Of a stretch of 64,000 nucleotides of DNA, positions 40,801 to 50,078 are shown one piece after another (the first letter of the stretch is position 1; the number at the start of each line of letters is the position of its first letter). The stretch comes from Candidatus Hodarchaeota archaeon (lineage in GTDB: Archaea > Asgardarchaeota > Lokiarchaeia > Sigyniarchaeales > SOKP01), in contig JBHLJY010000001.1 of NCBI GenBank assembly GCA_048887225.1, positions 288,001 to 352,000 of the forward strand. The letters run 5' to 3'. A model generated the notes under the pieces. That model had not been told where the DNA came from. It worked only from the letters and a program-made list of their open reading frames with translations, and made no database searches. A program made the translations under genes and the position numbers.

Positions 40801-42056
40801 CCCTTAATATGTTGCTATATTTTGTGTTTAATCCTTATTTCTTAAGTCCATACAATGTTACAATAGAATCGTTCGTTAACTCATCTATTAATCTAATTGA
40901 TTTGGAGGTTTATAATTATTTTACTAATAAGTTTGACAGGCTTGGAAGTATAAATAATACAATTGAAAAAATCCACACTTTCACTTTTAATCAATATTAT
41001 CCTCCTTTCAGCTATATCGATCAAAATAGTTTGGAGCTTAAATTAAGGATTAGAGGAGAAAATGCTACATTTAATAATGCTTATAACCTAAGCGTTGATA
41101 TGTTGAATTTTCAGTTTTTTAGTTCAACACATACAATGGATCCGAGAACATGGCCTAATTACACTGTTATTGGAATAATCCAAGATCCTATGTTGTATCG
41201 TACAGAACGATTGAATTGGCAGGCAGGCTTCGAAGTGGGTTACGATATAGCAGAAACCGAAAATGCTGTCTATATTAATTATGAAAATGCTAGATCTCAA
41301 GTGTATGTTCATAATGAAGGATCTCGAAATAATGGGTCATATGATAAAATCACTCATGTTTTTATACATTGTAGATCTGTTGATGATATTGCGAAAACTG
41401 CTTCTTTATTGCGGCAATCATTAGGATCAAACTGGACTATCCTTGATATTAAAACTGGATCACCATCGGTTCCTATTGATTCATTGGCATTTAGATTAAA
41501 TGTCTTTGATTGGTATATCTGGATTGAAGAAGGTGAGGATGATGAAGATGTTTTGGATGAGATAATTGAATATATGGAAGATAACGGTTATATCATATTG
41601 TTTGCTTTTACAAGTTCATTTATCACGCAAATTTTCGAAAGTTTAGTAGATTTGATTACATTGGTTATGAATGGAATATTAGTCTTTGCTATTATAATTG
41701 CCATGATTGGACTAGCCCTTCATTGCCTTCTTACGACAATGGCTCGTCGAAGAGAAATCGGAATGCTTAGATCAATTGGGTTAAATAAAAAAGGAGTTGT
41801 AAGAACTATTTCTGGCGAAACATTAATCGTGGCATTTTTAGGAACAATAATTGGAATACTTGCAGGGTTGTTGACAGGATTTCTTATGGTATCGTCAATT
41901 CCAGACACAGGATTTCTTACGGTTACTCTTACCATTCCATGGCTTATAATCGGCTTATTAATACTTACAACAGTGGTAACAGCAATTCTTAGTTCAAGAT
42001 ATCCTTCAAAATGGGCAGCAAATATCAATATAATTGACGCAGTAAGAACAAGATAG
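37815..42056 (+). CDS. Large FtsX/MacB-type ABC transporter permease
   Basis: Two FtsX units (ETGMLQAVGASK; RRREIGMLRSIG) with large acidic extracellular domains. Confidence 0.9.
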   Translation: MGVIFKLAIRNMKRRKARYILTTITLVIGVALFGGILIARDSFRVMFIKDIDNRMGTADILIRETETQDGWFRPSTVEDIENLPHVDYVSYRIAGEYVYTSWILHGNQLYNSTRTAVYGIDIDDSDEEELGGKPYIIDSDVDGDTIEELLDEGINNYGKKTIVITESLQIKLGKKFEAGNKIWVLPIDYHLIIGENQQDVAADTALWDTYTVAAIIRDLGEARDFDPETPSTYDSPSSGPCLFANIETAHDLVDGIIDRTGLYNLVAVGVDDLNNLEGIIDDIEDELGDDWVVADLKTDTIEQINDSVDMMMTILLMFAIIALILSIILIVNIFNIIKEEQEYETGMLQAVGASKSETFKMFLTQGVVMGVIGTIIGTICSFFMSYLIFYITVESLKNLPGEFGEMFAQTEFEIILYPQTLALTVGVGIFSCIMAAIYPSWKASRKPLIECLNPLAHKAEREKKHHKRKILYIIIAFMLIAYGSWLLYTIVGFGPRRGGNGQEGLTESTASIIAPTLILLGVIGLAAIFVGPITKGFIKIFGPYLKHTKLLTKKNVLRHHKRTVLTFSMISLTVSYLVGISVIMGSLREGVHTTVNNVMGCDIRIFAQNTPQSFEDELEDIDGVADVMGVSHRNVQLFHEDRNKWIGHSSLEKDWDKSVTVHILDPDKVEKYMTETVIFEPSDMTLEDMMDEIKDENTMIITEEEADYFDLDVDDEVSVRFSLGISFASFDDMQAYNTDNAIEVTHDEIIEVIAIVEKFQGFATGEIIGQEEGAFNIYVSWQTYEEIARNNLPGGNTDIIFRKKPQSGDDGIDLYAPNWFNFSEVSPILNSISGIDYYTTRMDYISPTFDLALPFNPFNPNDYIEKIIYNSSVVGIRTNSTGDFEDDSYFGNHKLINNTDSTMEELLNTTKNVCVIDQTFFNNMRSKDPSFGIDSNITIFPQEFNLFPNTIDTGAGNTTAIPKNGTISGSENALTNSDNGYISFISNKTSLELNITLNMLLYFVFNPYFLSPYNVTIESFVNSSINLIDLEVYNYFTNKFDRLGSINNTIEKIHTFTFNQYYPPFSYIDQNSLELKLRIRGENATFNNAYNLSVDMLNFQFFSSTHTMDPRTWPNYTVIGIIQDPMLYRTERLNWQAGFEVGYDIAETENAVYINYENARSQVYVHNEGSRNNGSYDKITHVFIHCRSVDDIAKTASLLRQSLGSNWTILDIKTGSPSVPIDSLAFRLNVFDWYIWIEEGEDDEDVLDEIIEYMEDNGYIILFAFTSSFITQIFESLVDLITLVMNGILVFAIIIAMIGLALHCLLTTMARRREIGMLRSIGLNKKGVVRTISGETLIVAFLGTIIGILAGLLTGFLMVSSIPDTGFLTVTLTIPWLIIGLLILTTVVTAILSSRYPSKWAANINIIDAVRTR

Positions 42057-42071
42057 GTGATATGAAAGAAG

Positions 42072-42890
42072 ATGAAAGACAAACGAAAAAATGAAGCAGA
42101 GAAAAAAATTTCAAGAACCTCGGAAAAAATTTTCAGAAAAGCTTTAGAAAAAATCGATCCGAATTTAGTTCTTGATGTCAGAAACCTTACTAAAATCTAT
42201 CCACTCGGAGATTACAATGTTACAGCACTTAATAATATAAATCTACAGATTAAGAAAGGAGAATTAGTTGCTATTGTAGGTCCATCTGGATCAGGTAAAT
42301 CGACGCTGATAAATTGCCTTGGAGCACTCGACTTTCCAAATTCAGGACAAATAATATATAATATTGATGGTAAAGGAACTGGAAGCGACATTACTAAAAT
42401 GAACAGTCGAGAACATAAAGAAATGCGATTACATCAAATTGGATTAATATTTCAATTCTATAATCTCTTCCCAATTCTTACCGCATATGAGAATGTAGAG
42501 CTTCCACTGCTTCTTGGAGGAGAATCTAGAGAAGATATTAAAGAAAAAGTGGAAGGCCTTCTTAAAAGTGTAGGTCTTGGTGAGAGAATATCTCATAGAC
42601 CAACACAATTATCAGGAGGAGAACAACAACGAGTTACCGTCGCCAGATCAATGGCAAACGATCCTTTAATATTGCTAGCGGACGAACCAACAGGAGAACT
42701 TGATACTGAAACCTCGTCCCATATAGCTGAAATCTTTCTCAATTTAAAGGATGCTGGTCAATCTATTCTCATGGTCACTCATAATATTAGAATTGCTGAA
42801 ACTGCAGACAGGATTCTAACTCTTACTGATGGAGAGATTACTGCAGAAAGAAAAGGTGGAAAACCTATATCAGAAATTTGGAACGATTAA
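42072..42890 (+). CDS. ABC transporter ATP-binding protein (LolD/MacB-like)
   Basis: [26 protein letters not shown]. Confidence 0.95.
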   Translation: MKDKRKNEAEKKISRTSEKIFRKALEKIDPNLVLDVRNLTKIYPLGDYNVTALNNINLQIKKGELVAIVGPSGSGKSTLINCLGALDFPNSGQIIYNIDGKGTGSDITKMNSREHKEMRLHQIGLIFQFYNLFPILTAYENVELPLLLGGESREDIKEKVEGLLKSVGLGERISHRPTQLSGGEQQRVTVARSMANDPLILLADEPTGELDTETSSHIAEIFLNLKDAGQSILMVTHNIRIAETADRILTLTDGEITAERKGGKPISEIWND

Positions 42891-42910
42891 AAAAATGGAG
42901 GACGTAAGCA

Positions 42911-43666
42911 TTGAAGTTGAGAAAAAGAAAAATTGAACATGAAAATATTGCTAAAGACGATGGAAAATATACACCTAATCCAGAGTCAATGATCCAAGTA
43001 TTCGATTTAACTAAAGTTTACCATATGGGCGAGGTTGAGGTTAGAGCTTTGGATGGAATATCAATGAAGATTAAAAAAGGAGAATTTGTATCTGTGATGG
43101 GACCGTCTGGATCTGGAAAAACTACGCTTCTTAATATGATTGGTGCTCTTGATAATCCAACGAATGGTGCGGTATTCATAAATGGAATTAACGTAGCACA
43201 TATGAATGATGAACAGCAAACGAATCTGAGACTTAAAAATCTTGGATTTATATTCCAATTCTATAATTTAGTTCCCGTTCTTAGTGCGTATGAAAATGTT
43301 GAACTTCCCTTAATTTTTGCTGAAGTAACTGAGGAAATAAGAAGAAAAAGGGTCACAAAATTTCTTGAACTTGTAGGTTTAGGAGATAGAATGGATCATC
43401 TTCCTGCTGAACTCTCTGGTGGCGAACAGCAAAGAGTTGCTGTTGCACGCTCTCTTGCTAACGAGCCTTCGCTCCTTATTGCCGACGAGCCAACAGGAGA
43501 ACTGGATACGAAAATGGGTCGGGAAATCGTAGATCTTCTCCGCAATCTTAATATGGAACTAGAACAAACCATTATAATGGTAACTCACGATCCTGCTATA
43601 GGTCAACTCGCTGAACGACTTTTAAAGATGAGAGACGGTAAAATTGTAGAAGAAGTAATTTTATAA
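42911..43666 (+). CDS. ABC transporter ATP-binding protein (LolD/MacB-like)
   Basis: [26 protein letters not shown]. Confidence 0.95.
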   Translation: MKLRKRKIEHENIAKDDGKYTPNPESMIQVFDLTKVYHMGEVEVRALDGISMKIKKGEFVSVMGPSGSGKTTLLNMIGALDNPTNGAVFINGINVAHMNDEQQTNLRLKNLGFIFQFYNLVPVLSAYENVELPLIFAEVTEEIRRKRVTKFLELVGLGDRMDHLPAELSGGEQQRVAVARSLANEPSLLIADEPTGELDTKMGREIVDLLRNLNMELEQTIIMVTHDPAIGQLAERLLKMRDGKIVEEVIL

Positions 43667-43788
43667 TTTTTTTTTTTCCTTTTTTTTACACTGAAGTGCT
43701 CTATAAAACAAACCAAGATATATTTTTTAATAAGTTTTGTTTAGATCTTATTTATAACCTATAAATAAGAAAAATGGAGGTATTAAAA

Positions 43789-43983
43789 ATGCCAAATGTC
43801 GCCATTGAGGGACCAAAAATCGAGAATCTTGAAATAAAAAGAAGATTAGTTAAACAAATTACAGATGCGCTTGAAAAAGCCTATAAATTACCAAGACAGG
43901 TCTTTACTGTGGTAATTAAAGAAAATCGACCTGAAAATGTAGCTGCTGGGGGTACATTAATTATAGATAGACAAAAGGAGTAA
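43789..43983 (+). CDS. 4-oxalocrotonate tautomerase family (DmpI-like)
   Basis: N-terminal (M)P after a GGAGGT site; ENVAAGG. Confidence 0.85.
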   Translation: MPNVAIEGPKIENLEIKRRLVKQITDALEKAYKLPRQVFTVVIKENRPENVAAGGTLIIDRQKE

Positions 43984-44081
43984 TCAAAAATCGATACATT
44001 AGTTGACTTTTCTTAAAGGGTCATACCATTTAAATAGAAAAAAATATATTAAAAGAAGTAATAAATATGAGGTAAGGATTT

Positions 44082-44519
44082 ATGGCAGAAATTAAAGTCA
44101 AATCGTTGGTATTGGCAATTATTTTTGGTTTTGTATCGTGGTTATGGGCGTTTATAATAGTTGGATCTGCATACTATGATTGGGCGGCAAATAAACCGAT
44201 TGAAAATCCTGACTTTGGAGTGTATGTAGTTTTATTGATTGTAAATGTAATAATATCTATTATAATCACTGCTATATACTTATGGAAATATGAACAGATA
44301 AATCCAATTATTCTCGATAAATGGGCTATTGATGCAATCATTCTTGGCGTAATCATATGTGCAATGAATTATCTATTTGATATACTATTCTTTGGTGTAT
44401 TAATGCAACGTAATTTATTTACTTATTTTTGGCTGGAATCAACCGCAGGTTATTCTTACCCCTTCATAATCCTTATGACATTAATATTGGCGTATTTAAT
44501 CTATGGGAGAAAAGAGTAA
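44082..44519 (+). CDS. Hypothetical membrane protein
   Basis: Four hydrophobic helices; GAGGT site upstream. Confidence 0.65.
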   Translation: MAEIKVKSLVLAIIFGFVSWLWAFIIVGSAYYDWAANKPIENPDFGVYVVLLIVNVIISIIITAIYLWKYEQINPIILDKWAIDAIILGVIICAMNYLFDILFFGVLMQRNLFTYFWLESTAGYSYPFIILMTLILAYLIYGRKE

Positions 44520-44652
44520 TAAAAAAACTACCTTTTTTTTTATTTTTAATTATGAAAAAGATGTTAAGATTTTTATAGTAAAATTCAATGATAGTATTTA
44601 CGAGTTTCCAATTAAAAATTAAAAAAGAGAAAAGATTAAAATAATTTTTTAA

Positions 44653-44856
44653 TTATTCGCGTCTATTTGAACAGCTTTTAATTAACATTTTGAAAGATTC
44701 ATCTTCAAGTTCTTCGTACATTTTTAATTCATCTTTTAAAAAATCCCTCAGAGCATTCCTTATTGCTTCGGATCTTGAAGGATAGATCCCTAAATCGTTT
44801 AAGATTTGAATAGCTGATAAATATTTTTCGGGTAAATTTATCGTTATTATCTTCAT
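44653..44856 (-). CDS. Ribbon-helix-helix (CopG/NikR-like) regulator
   Basis: IITINLP...GIYPSRSEAIRNALRDFL. Confidence 0.88.
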   Translation of the reverse strand: MKIITINLPEKYLSAIQILNDLGIYPSRSEAIRNALRDFLKDELKMYEELEDESFKMLIKSCSNRRE

Positions 44857-44929
44857 ATTAGGCTATAACCTGAAACTATAATTAAAAATTTTATAATTAT
44901 ATTTTGTCGGTGGTTTATAAATAGTTGAT

Positions 44930-44960
44930 ATTAAGCGTTTAATGGTATTAAGCGCTTAAT
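44930..44960. promoter_or_regulatory. Tandem 14-bp palindromes, candidate operator
   Basis: ATTAAGCGTTTAAT (44930-43) and perfect ATTAAGCGCTTAAT (44947-60), next to TTTATAAA (44914-21) upstream of the RHH gene. Confidence 0.55.
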
Positions 44961-45005
44961 TGAAGACGAATAAAAAACATCAAACTGCTAATAGAGGTTC
45001 TTAGA

Positions 45006-45773
45006 TTAAAAAGGTTTATTTAAGGATTTAATATGAAGAATTAGCGAAAATGAAGATTTGTATAGGTCAGCATGGCTAATTTCTTTAATATTTTTAAGAA
45101 AGGTAAGGTTATAATCCTCTTCTCGTTTCAGATAAGTTATATCTTTAGTGCTATGGTCATTATCTAAGAAAGTGTCAATTTTAAAAACATTTTTTTTAAA
45201 TTTTCCAGGAAATTCGGGCATCATATTAAATGTGAAGATCAAATCGGGATCAGATTTAACTTTACCATTTAAAACAAATAAGATATTTGGTTCAAGAATT
45301 GCTAGAAAACTCTCTAATGAGTGAAAATAATCGTCAATTTTTACTGTCAAATTCGAAATATTGCCATTAATTTCAAAAGAGCTGCAATCGCTAACCTTTG
45401 GAAATATAAATTTTTCCTTACCCCGAAAAGCTAAACTTATTTCGTTTGCATTCAAATATTTTTTAAAAAGTGGATTGTCCTTTTCTAATAAAAAATTATC
45501 TTCATTGATAGATTCACTCTTGACATAAAAAATTAAAGAACCAGATGCTATTAAATTGATTTTTTGATAATAAATGTTAAAAATTGGATTATATGGTAAA
45601 CTAATCACATCTTTAGTACCGCCCATTCCCAATTGAGCAAGAACGTTCGACGGAATTTGACTAGTTAAAGTAAATAATAAGAACGATCTAAAATCGTCTA
45701 ATTCAAAAAAACACGTGAAATCTTTGAAGTAGTCTTGTACTTTAATGATTAAGTCATTTAACTTGTCAGACAT
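45006..45773 (-). CDS. Hypothetical protein
   Basis: 255-aa ORF with GAGG site upstream; no recognised motif. Confidence 0.6.
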   Translation of the reverse strand: MSDKLNDLIIKVQDYFKDFTCFFELDDFRSFLLFTLTSQIPSNVLAQLGMGGTKDVISLPYNPIFNIYYQKINLIASGSLIFYVKSESINEDNFLLEKDNPLFKKYLNANEISLAFRGKEKFIFPKVSDCSSFEINGNISNLTVKIDDYFHSLESFLAILEPNILFVLNGKVKSDPDLIFTFNMMPEFPGKFKKNVFKIDTFLDNDHSTKDITYLKREEDYNLTFLKNIKEISHADLYKSSFSLILHIKSLNKPF

Positions 45774-45830
45774 GTTTTTCCTCTGATAATAATTCTAGAG
45801 TTAAATAATTCAATGAATTACAAAATTTAA

Positions 45831-46253
45831 TTAAATATCTTTTAAATATTTTGATAAGAATTCTTTAAGTTTCTTTTTAATTGACCAGTTAATATGATGC
45901 TCAATTTGGCAAGAGATATTGTCTACAACTTCTTCATCAGGGATTTCTAAAACTTTTATGAAAAAATCTCGTAATAACTCATGAGTCTCATTTAATTGCC
46001 TCGCTATTGTTTTTCCCTTTTCAGTTAACCTAATTGATTTTCTCGGTCTCCAATCAATTAAACCTTGTTTTTCCAATTTTTCTAGCATTCCTGAAACGCT
46101 TGCTGGTTTTATATCTAGATTTTCAGCGAGCTCCTTATTAGAAACCCATCCTCCTTTTTTTTTTCGCGATATTATATAAATCTCATCTAAATATCTTTGA
46201 TAGCTTTCCGGAATCTCTGAAGTTTGACTCTCTTTGCTGTTTTTATTTGCCAT
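45831..46253 (-). CDS. DtxR/MntR metal-dependent transcriptional regulator
   Basis: YLDEIY, PASVSGMLEKL, LTEKG, HELL, CQIEHH. Confidence 0.9.
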   Translation of the reverse strand: MANKNSKESQTSEIPESYQRYLDEIYIISRKKKGGWVSNKELAENLDIKPASVSGMLEKLEKQGLIDWRPRKSIRLTEKGKTIARQLNETHELLRDFFIKVLEIPDEEVVDNISCQIEHHINWSIKKKLKEFLSKYLKDI

Positions 46254-46356
46254 TCTTATTTCAAATATTATAAATATACTTATAATATTTAATCTTTCTT
46301 GTAAGATTGATAACTATATTTGATTATTAAATTATTAGATTTTTACTTGAGAGTTA

Positions 46357-46929
46357 ATGAAAAAAAAATTTCAAGGCACTTTATTTTTGGTTGTTGGAAA
46401 TTCCGGTTCGGGGAAAGATTCGATAATTTATGGCGTAGCAGAGAAGTATCCTCAAAATTTAAAAAAAGTATACATTGTTAAGAGATATATCACAAGACCC
46501 CCATCCGAAACGGAAGATAATTATTCTATAACACCTGTTAAATTTAGAGAGATGGAAAAACAGGGTAAATTCGCCTTAAAATGGCATATTTACCACTTAG
46601 ATTATGGAGTTCCTATAGAAATAGATGAATGGCTTAGGAATGGTCATCCAGTTTTAGTTAACGTCAGTAGAACCATAGTTGATGAAGCTAGAGAAAAATA
46701 CGAGAATATTAAAATAGTTTTCATAGATGTTCCTTTCGAAATTACTTTACAACGCTTAAAAGACCGTGGAAGAGAAAATGGGGAATTATTAAATGAAAGG
46801 ATAAATAGGGCAAGAACACATCAAAAATTCCCGTCGGCTGACTTCGTAGTCGATAACTCTAAAGATCTAGATGATGCAATTAATCAGTTTTTAAATTATT
46901 TGGTGAAAATTGTTAAAGTAAAACTATAA
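46357..46929 (+). CDS. phnN: Ribose 1,5-bisphosphokinase (PhnN-like)
   Basis: VVGNSGSGKDSI, RYITRP, FALKW...YG, NVSR, RGRE. Confidence 0.82.
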   Translation: MKKKFQGTLFLVVGNSGSGKDSIIYGVAEKYPQNLKKVYIVKRYITRPPSETEDNYSITPVKFREMEKQGKFALKWHIYHLDYGVPIEIDEWLRNGHPVLVNVSRTIVDEAREKYENIKIVFIDVPFEITLQRLKDRGRENGELLNERINRARTHQKFPSADFVVDNSKDLDDAINQFLNYLVKIVKVKL

Positions 46930-47000
46930 TTCTGAAATAAAATTTTTTTTATAGGAAAAATTATAATTACCATAACTTTACTTAATATTAAATAAACAGT

Positions 47001-47103
47001 GGCCCGGTTAGTATAGCGGTTAGTATTGGGGACTGTGAATCCCTAGATGTTCAAGATTTTATCATGAACTGGGGAAAGACGGGTTCGATTCCCGTACCGG
47101 GCC
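47001..47103 (+). tRNA. tRNA-His(GUG) with encoded G-1 and a 30-nt intron at position 45/46 (47047-47076)
   Basis: Acceptor GCCCGGT/ACCGGGC, G-1:C73, anticodon arm GGGGA-CTGTGAA-TCCCT, T arm ACGGG-TTCGATT-CCCGT; insert forms a relaxed BHB (CCCU/GGGG, bulges AGA/AAA). Confidence 0.92.
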
Positions 47104-47122
47104 CTCTTTATTATGTTAAAGG

Positions 47123-47590
47123 GTGCTTAATATAGATCGGTACATAGATCAAGAAAAGATTCGAGATATACTTGGATGGGAACAAAACGCACCTATCCCA
47201 ATTTGTATGGGGGGAGATTATAGGGCACTAACTTTTTGTTGTAAACCTGGATATTACCTAACTTTTGGTTTTAAATGTAAAAGAAACAAGACTTTAAAAG
47301 AGATAGGAATTTCTCCAGAAGAATTTATAGATATAAAAGAAAAATATTCTAATGAGAACGACTGGGATTCTGAATTGGTATGTTTTGGTTCAATCTCTTA
47401 TTGTTGTATGAGGCGTGGAGGATGTCCAAGAAGAGATCTTGCCTTATCAATAAGATATCCTAATATGACTAAAGATGAGTTCATGAAAATCTATTTTCAA
47501 AAAAAGAAGGAATTATCAAGAATAATTTTGGAGAATGCTAAAGATCCAGACGATAAAAAGAAAGTAAAAGCATATTTAGATTTATTTTAA
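47123..47590 (+). CDS. Cys-rich protein resembling methanogenesis marker domain 9
   Basis: PICMGGDYRALTFCCKP...CFGSISYCC...CPRRD. Confidence 0.75.
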   Translation: MLNIDRYIDQEKIRDILGWEQNAPIPICMGGDYRALTFCCKPGYYLTFGFKCKRNKTLKEIGISPEEFIDIKEKYSNENDWDSELVCFGSISYCCMRRGGCPRRDLALSIRYPNMTKDEFMKIYFQKKKELSRIILENAKDPDDKKKVKAYLDLF

Positions 47591-47996
47591 ATATTCAATT
47601 TAAAAGATACATAAAAATTTTTAATTAGTTTTTAAAATTCTTAATTCAATTTCTTATAATTAACCATTTAGATAAATAGAAAGAATTTTGTCGGAAAGAA
47701 CATACTAAAACTGAATCTGTTTTTATTCGCAAGAAAAATAGTCAATTATAAATATAACCTATCCTAATTGTTATATAAGAGATGATTTTCAATGATGGCG
47801 AATTAAAATGATATTGGAACAAGTACAGAGTCATCCAGAAAAATCCGAGCTTTATATAGATAAAATTATAACACCCCACGATAGGGTTACAGAGAGCGAT
47901 AAAATAATAATTAAACGTATTCTTTTAAAAGAGATCGCTACAAGTCTAGAAATTTTTTCATAAAAAAAGAAAAAAGATTTTTAAAAGAAATTTAAT

Positions 47997-49004
47997 TTAG
48001 GTTCGATTAATTTTTTTAAAGATAATTGGAACTAAGAATATTAAGATCAATGATATTAATGCGTATCTTACAAATCTGAGAAATACGTTTCCACTAATTA
48101 TCAAATCTAAGCCTAAGTATACAACAAGCAAAATAATAACCCCAATGATTAAATTAATTATTTTTTGTTTCTTGTTTAATTCTGATGGATTATACTTCAC
48201 ATATTCGTTTTCTAGCAAATATCCAACGCTCAAACCTAACATAGCACCTCCAACCTGAGCAAAACTTCCTTCGTCAGGATAGAGAGGAGGATTTTCAACA
48301 AGTCCGAGTCCAGCTGTAGGGAATAATAAAGTCCCAATAGCAAATAATGAAATAGAAATTGCGACCGCGAGTAATATCTTTATTATCAAATTTAATTTAT
48401 TGATTTTTGGAGCAATTATCGGTTCCAAATAAATGAATGCGACTAAAAGACATATACCAATCGCATAACCTCCAATTATGTCTTGTAGGTCGTGAACTCC
48501 TATGATAATCCTGGATATTGCTATTAGAAATATTAATAGAGAGACTAAAATTGGTGTAACAAAAGGCTTTGGCTTGTTTTTAAATTCATAACCTAAATAG
48601 CCCCACACAGCTAAAGCTGTTTGTGTGTGTCCTGAGGGGAATCCGTATGATGTTTCAACTAATCCATATTCTGCCTCGGGGTCAGCATTAGTAGAAGGTC
48701 TTGGATCTTGAAATATATCCTTCACAAATTCATTAATATACGCTGAGAACAATAGGCTAAAAGCGAGATTTTTAGCAAATCTTTTATCGTAAGCAAAAAA
48801 GAAAATAGCAATGATAAGAATTAAGACAATAGCCTCACCTAAGTATGTGATCGCTTTAAAAATAGTTTGAATCAATGTGTAATTTAAGTAAAATGCTTCA
48901 TTATATCCCAATCCTAATAAAATCATACCAATTACCATAACTAGTACTGAGATTATTCCAATCGTAATTAAGGCTTTTTTAGATAGAATTTCTTCTTCTG
49001 ACAT
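47997..49004 (-). CDS. PAP2 family membrane phosphatase
   Basis: KDIFQDPRP, FPSGH, SRIIIGVHDLQD. Confidence 0.92.
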   Translation of the reverse strand: MSEEEILSKKALITIGIISVLVMVIGMILLGLGYNEAFYLNYTLIQTIFKAITYLGEAIVLILIIAIFFFAYDKRFAKNLAFSLLFSAYINEFVKDIFQDPRPSTNADPEAEYGLVETSYGFPSGHTQTALAVWGYLGYEFKNKPKPFVTPILVSLLIFLIAISRIIIGVHDLQDIIGGYAIGICLLVAFIYLEPIIAPKINKLNLIIKILLAVAISISLFAIGTLLFPTAGLGLVENPPLYPDEGSFAQVGGAMLGLSVGYLLENEYVKYNPSELNKKQKIINLIIGVIILLVVYLGLDLIISGNVFLRFVRYALISLILIFLVPIIFKKINRT

Positions 49005-49202
49005 ATTTTTTTCCTCGATTTTGACAATTTATACTAATTTATAATTTTAATTGAATAGGTTTCTATTGAAAATATTTTTATAATTAATAATTTATAGTTG
49101 ACCTATCTTTTTTAATGATAAGAATCTATTTGTTAGACTATTAAAGTAATAGATCAGAAAAATTCAGGAAATATTAAAAATAAGCAAAAAATGAGGATAA
49201 TA

Positions 49203-49841
49203 TTAATCGATTTTAATATTTGATCCCGTTTCTTTAATTTTTTTTAGTTTTACACTTAAAATACCATTTCTTAAAGACGCCTTTGCTAAGTCAGAATTAA
49301 TCGCAGCGGGAAGCTCGATCTCTTTATAATATTTTCTTCCAAAACTGTTAGATTTAGTAGAAATAGTAAGAGATCTACTTGTAGCCTTTAATTCAACGTC
49401 GTCCTTTGTTACTCCAGGCATTTCAGCAATAACTACAAGCTTGTCACTTTCTTCATTGATTTCTACTAAAGGCTCCCTAATAGGATCAACCTGAACCCTT
49501 GATCTTCTTGAATATGGTTTAGATTTAATATTTCCGAAAGAATCAATTCTTGGTTTACCATCTGGTCCTATATTGATGTTAAAGCCATACATAAATGGAA
49601 ACCCAAATTTGTCTTTATTTTTCATTAATTCTTTTTGGATATCCTCAGGAGAAAGTTTTTGAAAGTCTGACCCAAAACCTTTCGAAATTTTTTCGAAAAT
49701 TTCTTTAAATAAACGCCTAAATTGTTTAGAATTAAAAAGTTTATTTGGGTCTGCGAATAAATTAAAGAAATCAGATGGATCTTCGAATTCGTCTTCATTA
49801 TCATCCTCATACTCATCGTCGTAATCATCTTCTCTTGGCAC
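49203..49841 (-). CDS. hsp20: Archaeal small heat shock protein Hsp20
   Basis: YGFNINIGPDGKP, REPLVE, AEMPGV, NGILSV. Confidence 0.92.
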   Translation of the reverse strand: MPREDDYDDEYEDDNEDEFEDPSDFFNLFADPNKLFNSKQFRRLFKEIFEKISKGFGSDFQKLSPEDIQKELMKNKDKFGFPFMYGFNINIGPDGKPRIDSFGNIKSKPYSRRSRVQVDPIREPLVEINEESDKLVVIAEMPGVTKDDVELKATSRSLTISTKSNSFGRKYYKEIELPAAINSDLAKASLRNGILSVKLKKIKETGSNIKID

Positions 49842-50078
49842 GCATTTTCACCTCAAACTGTTATTAAAAATCTAAAGTTCTTTAAATTTTAATACTTTAA
49901 TAGTGTTATCTAGGTTAATAAAGACTACTTAGCTTAATAAAGATTATTCTATTTAAATTATGATTAATAAAAGTTAAAATTGCAGTATATATCTGTTAAT
50001 ATTTTATTAAATAGAAATAAAAATTTGTGTATATTCAATTTTTATAAAAAAAAATAATATTAAGAAATGTAGATTGAT

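Noticed and set aside
47750-47915. Short frame YPNCYIRDDFQ-UGA-WRIKMILEQ as a possible selenoprotein
   Set aside because: No redox motif around the UGA, no SECIS seen, no clear start; more likely decayed sequence.
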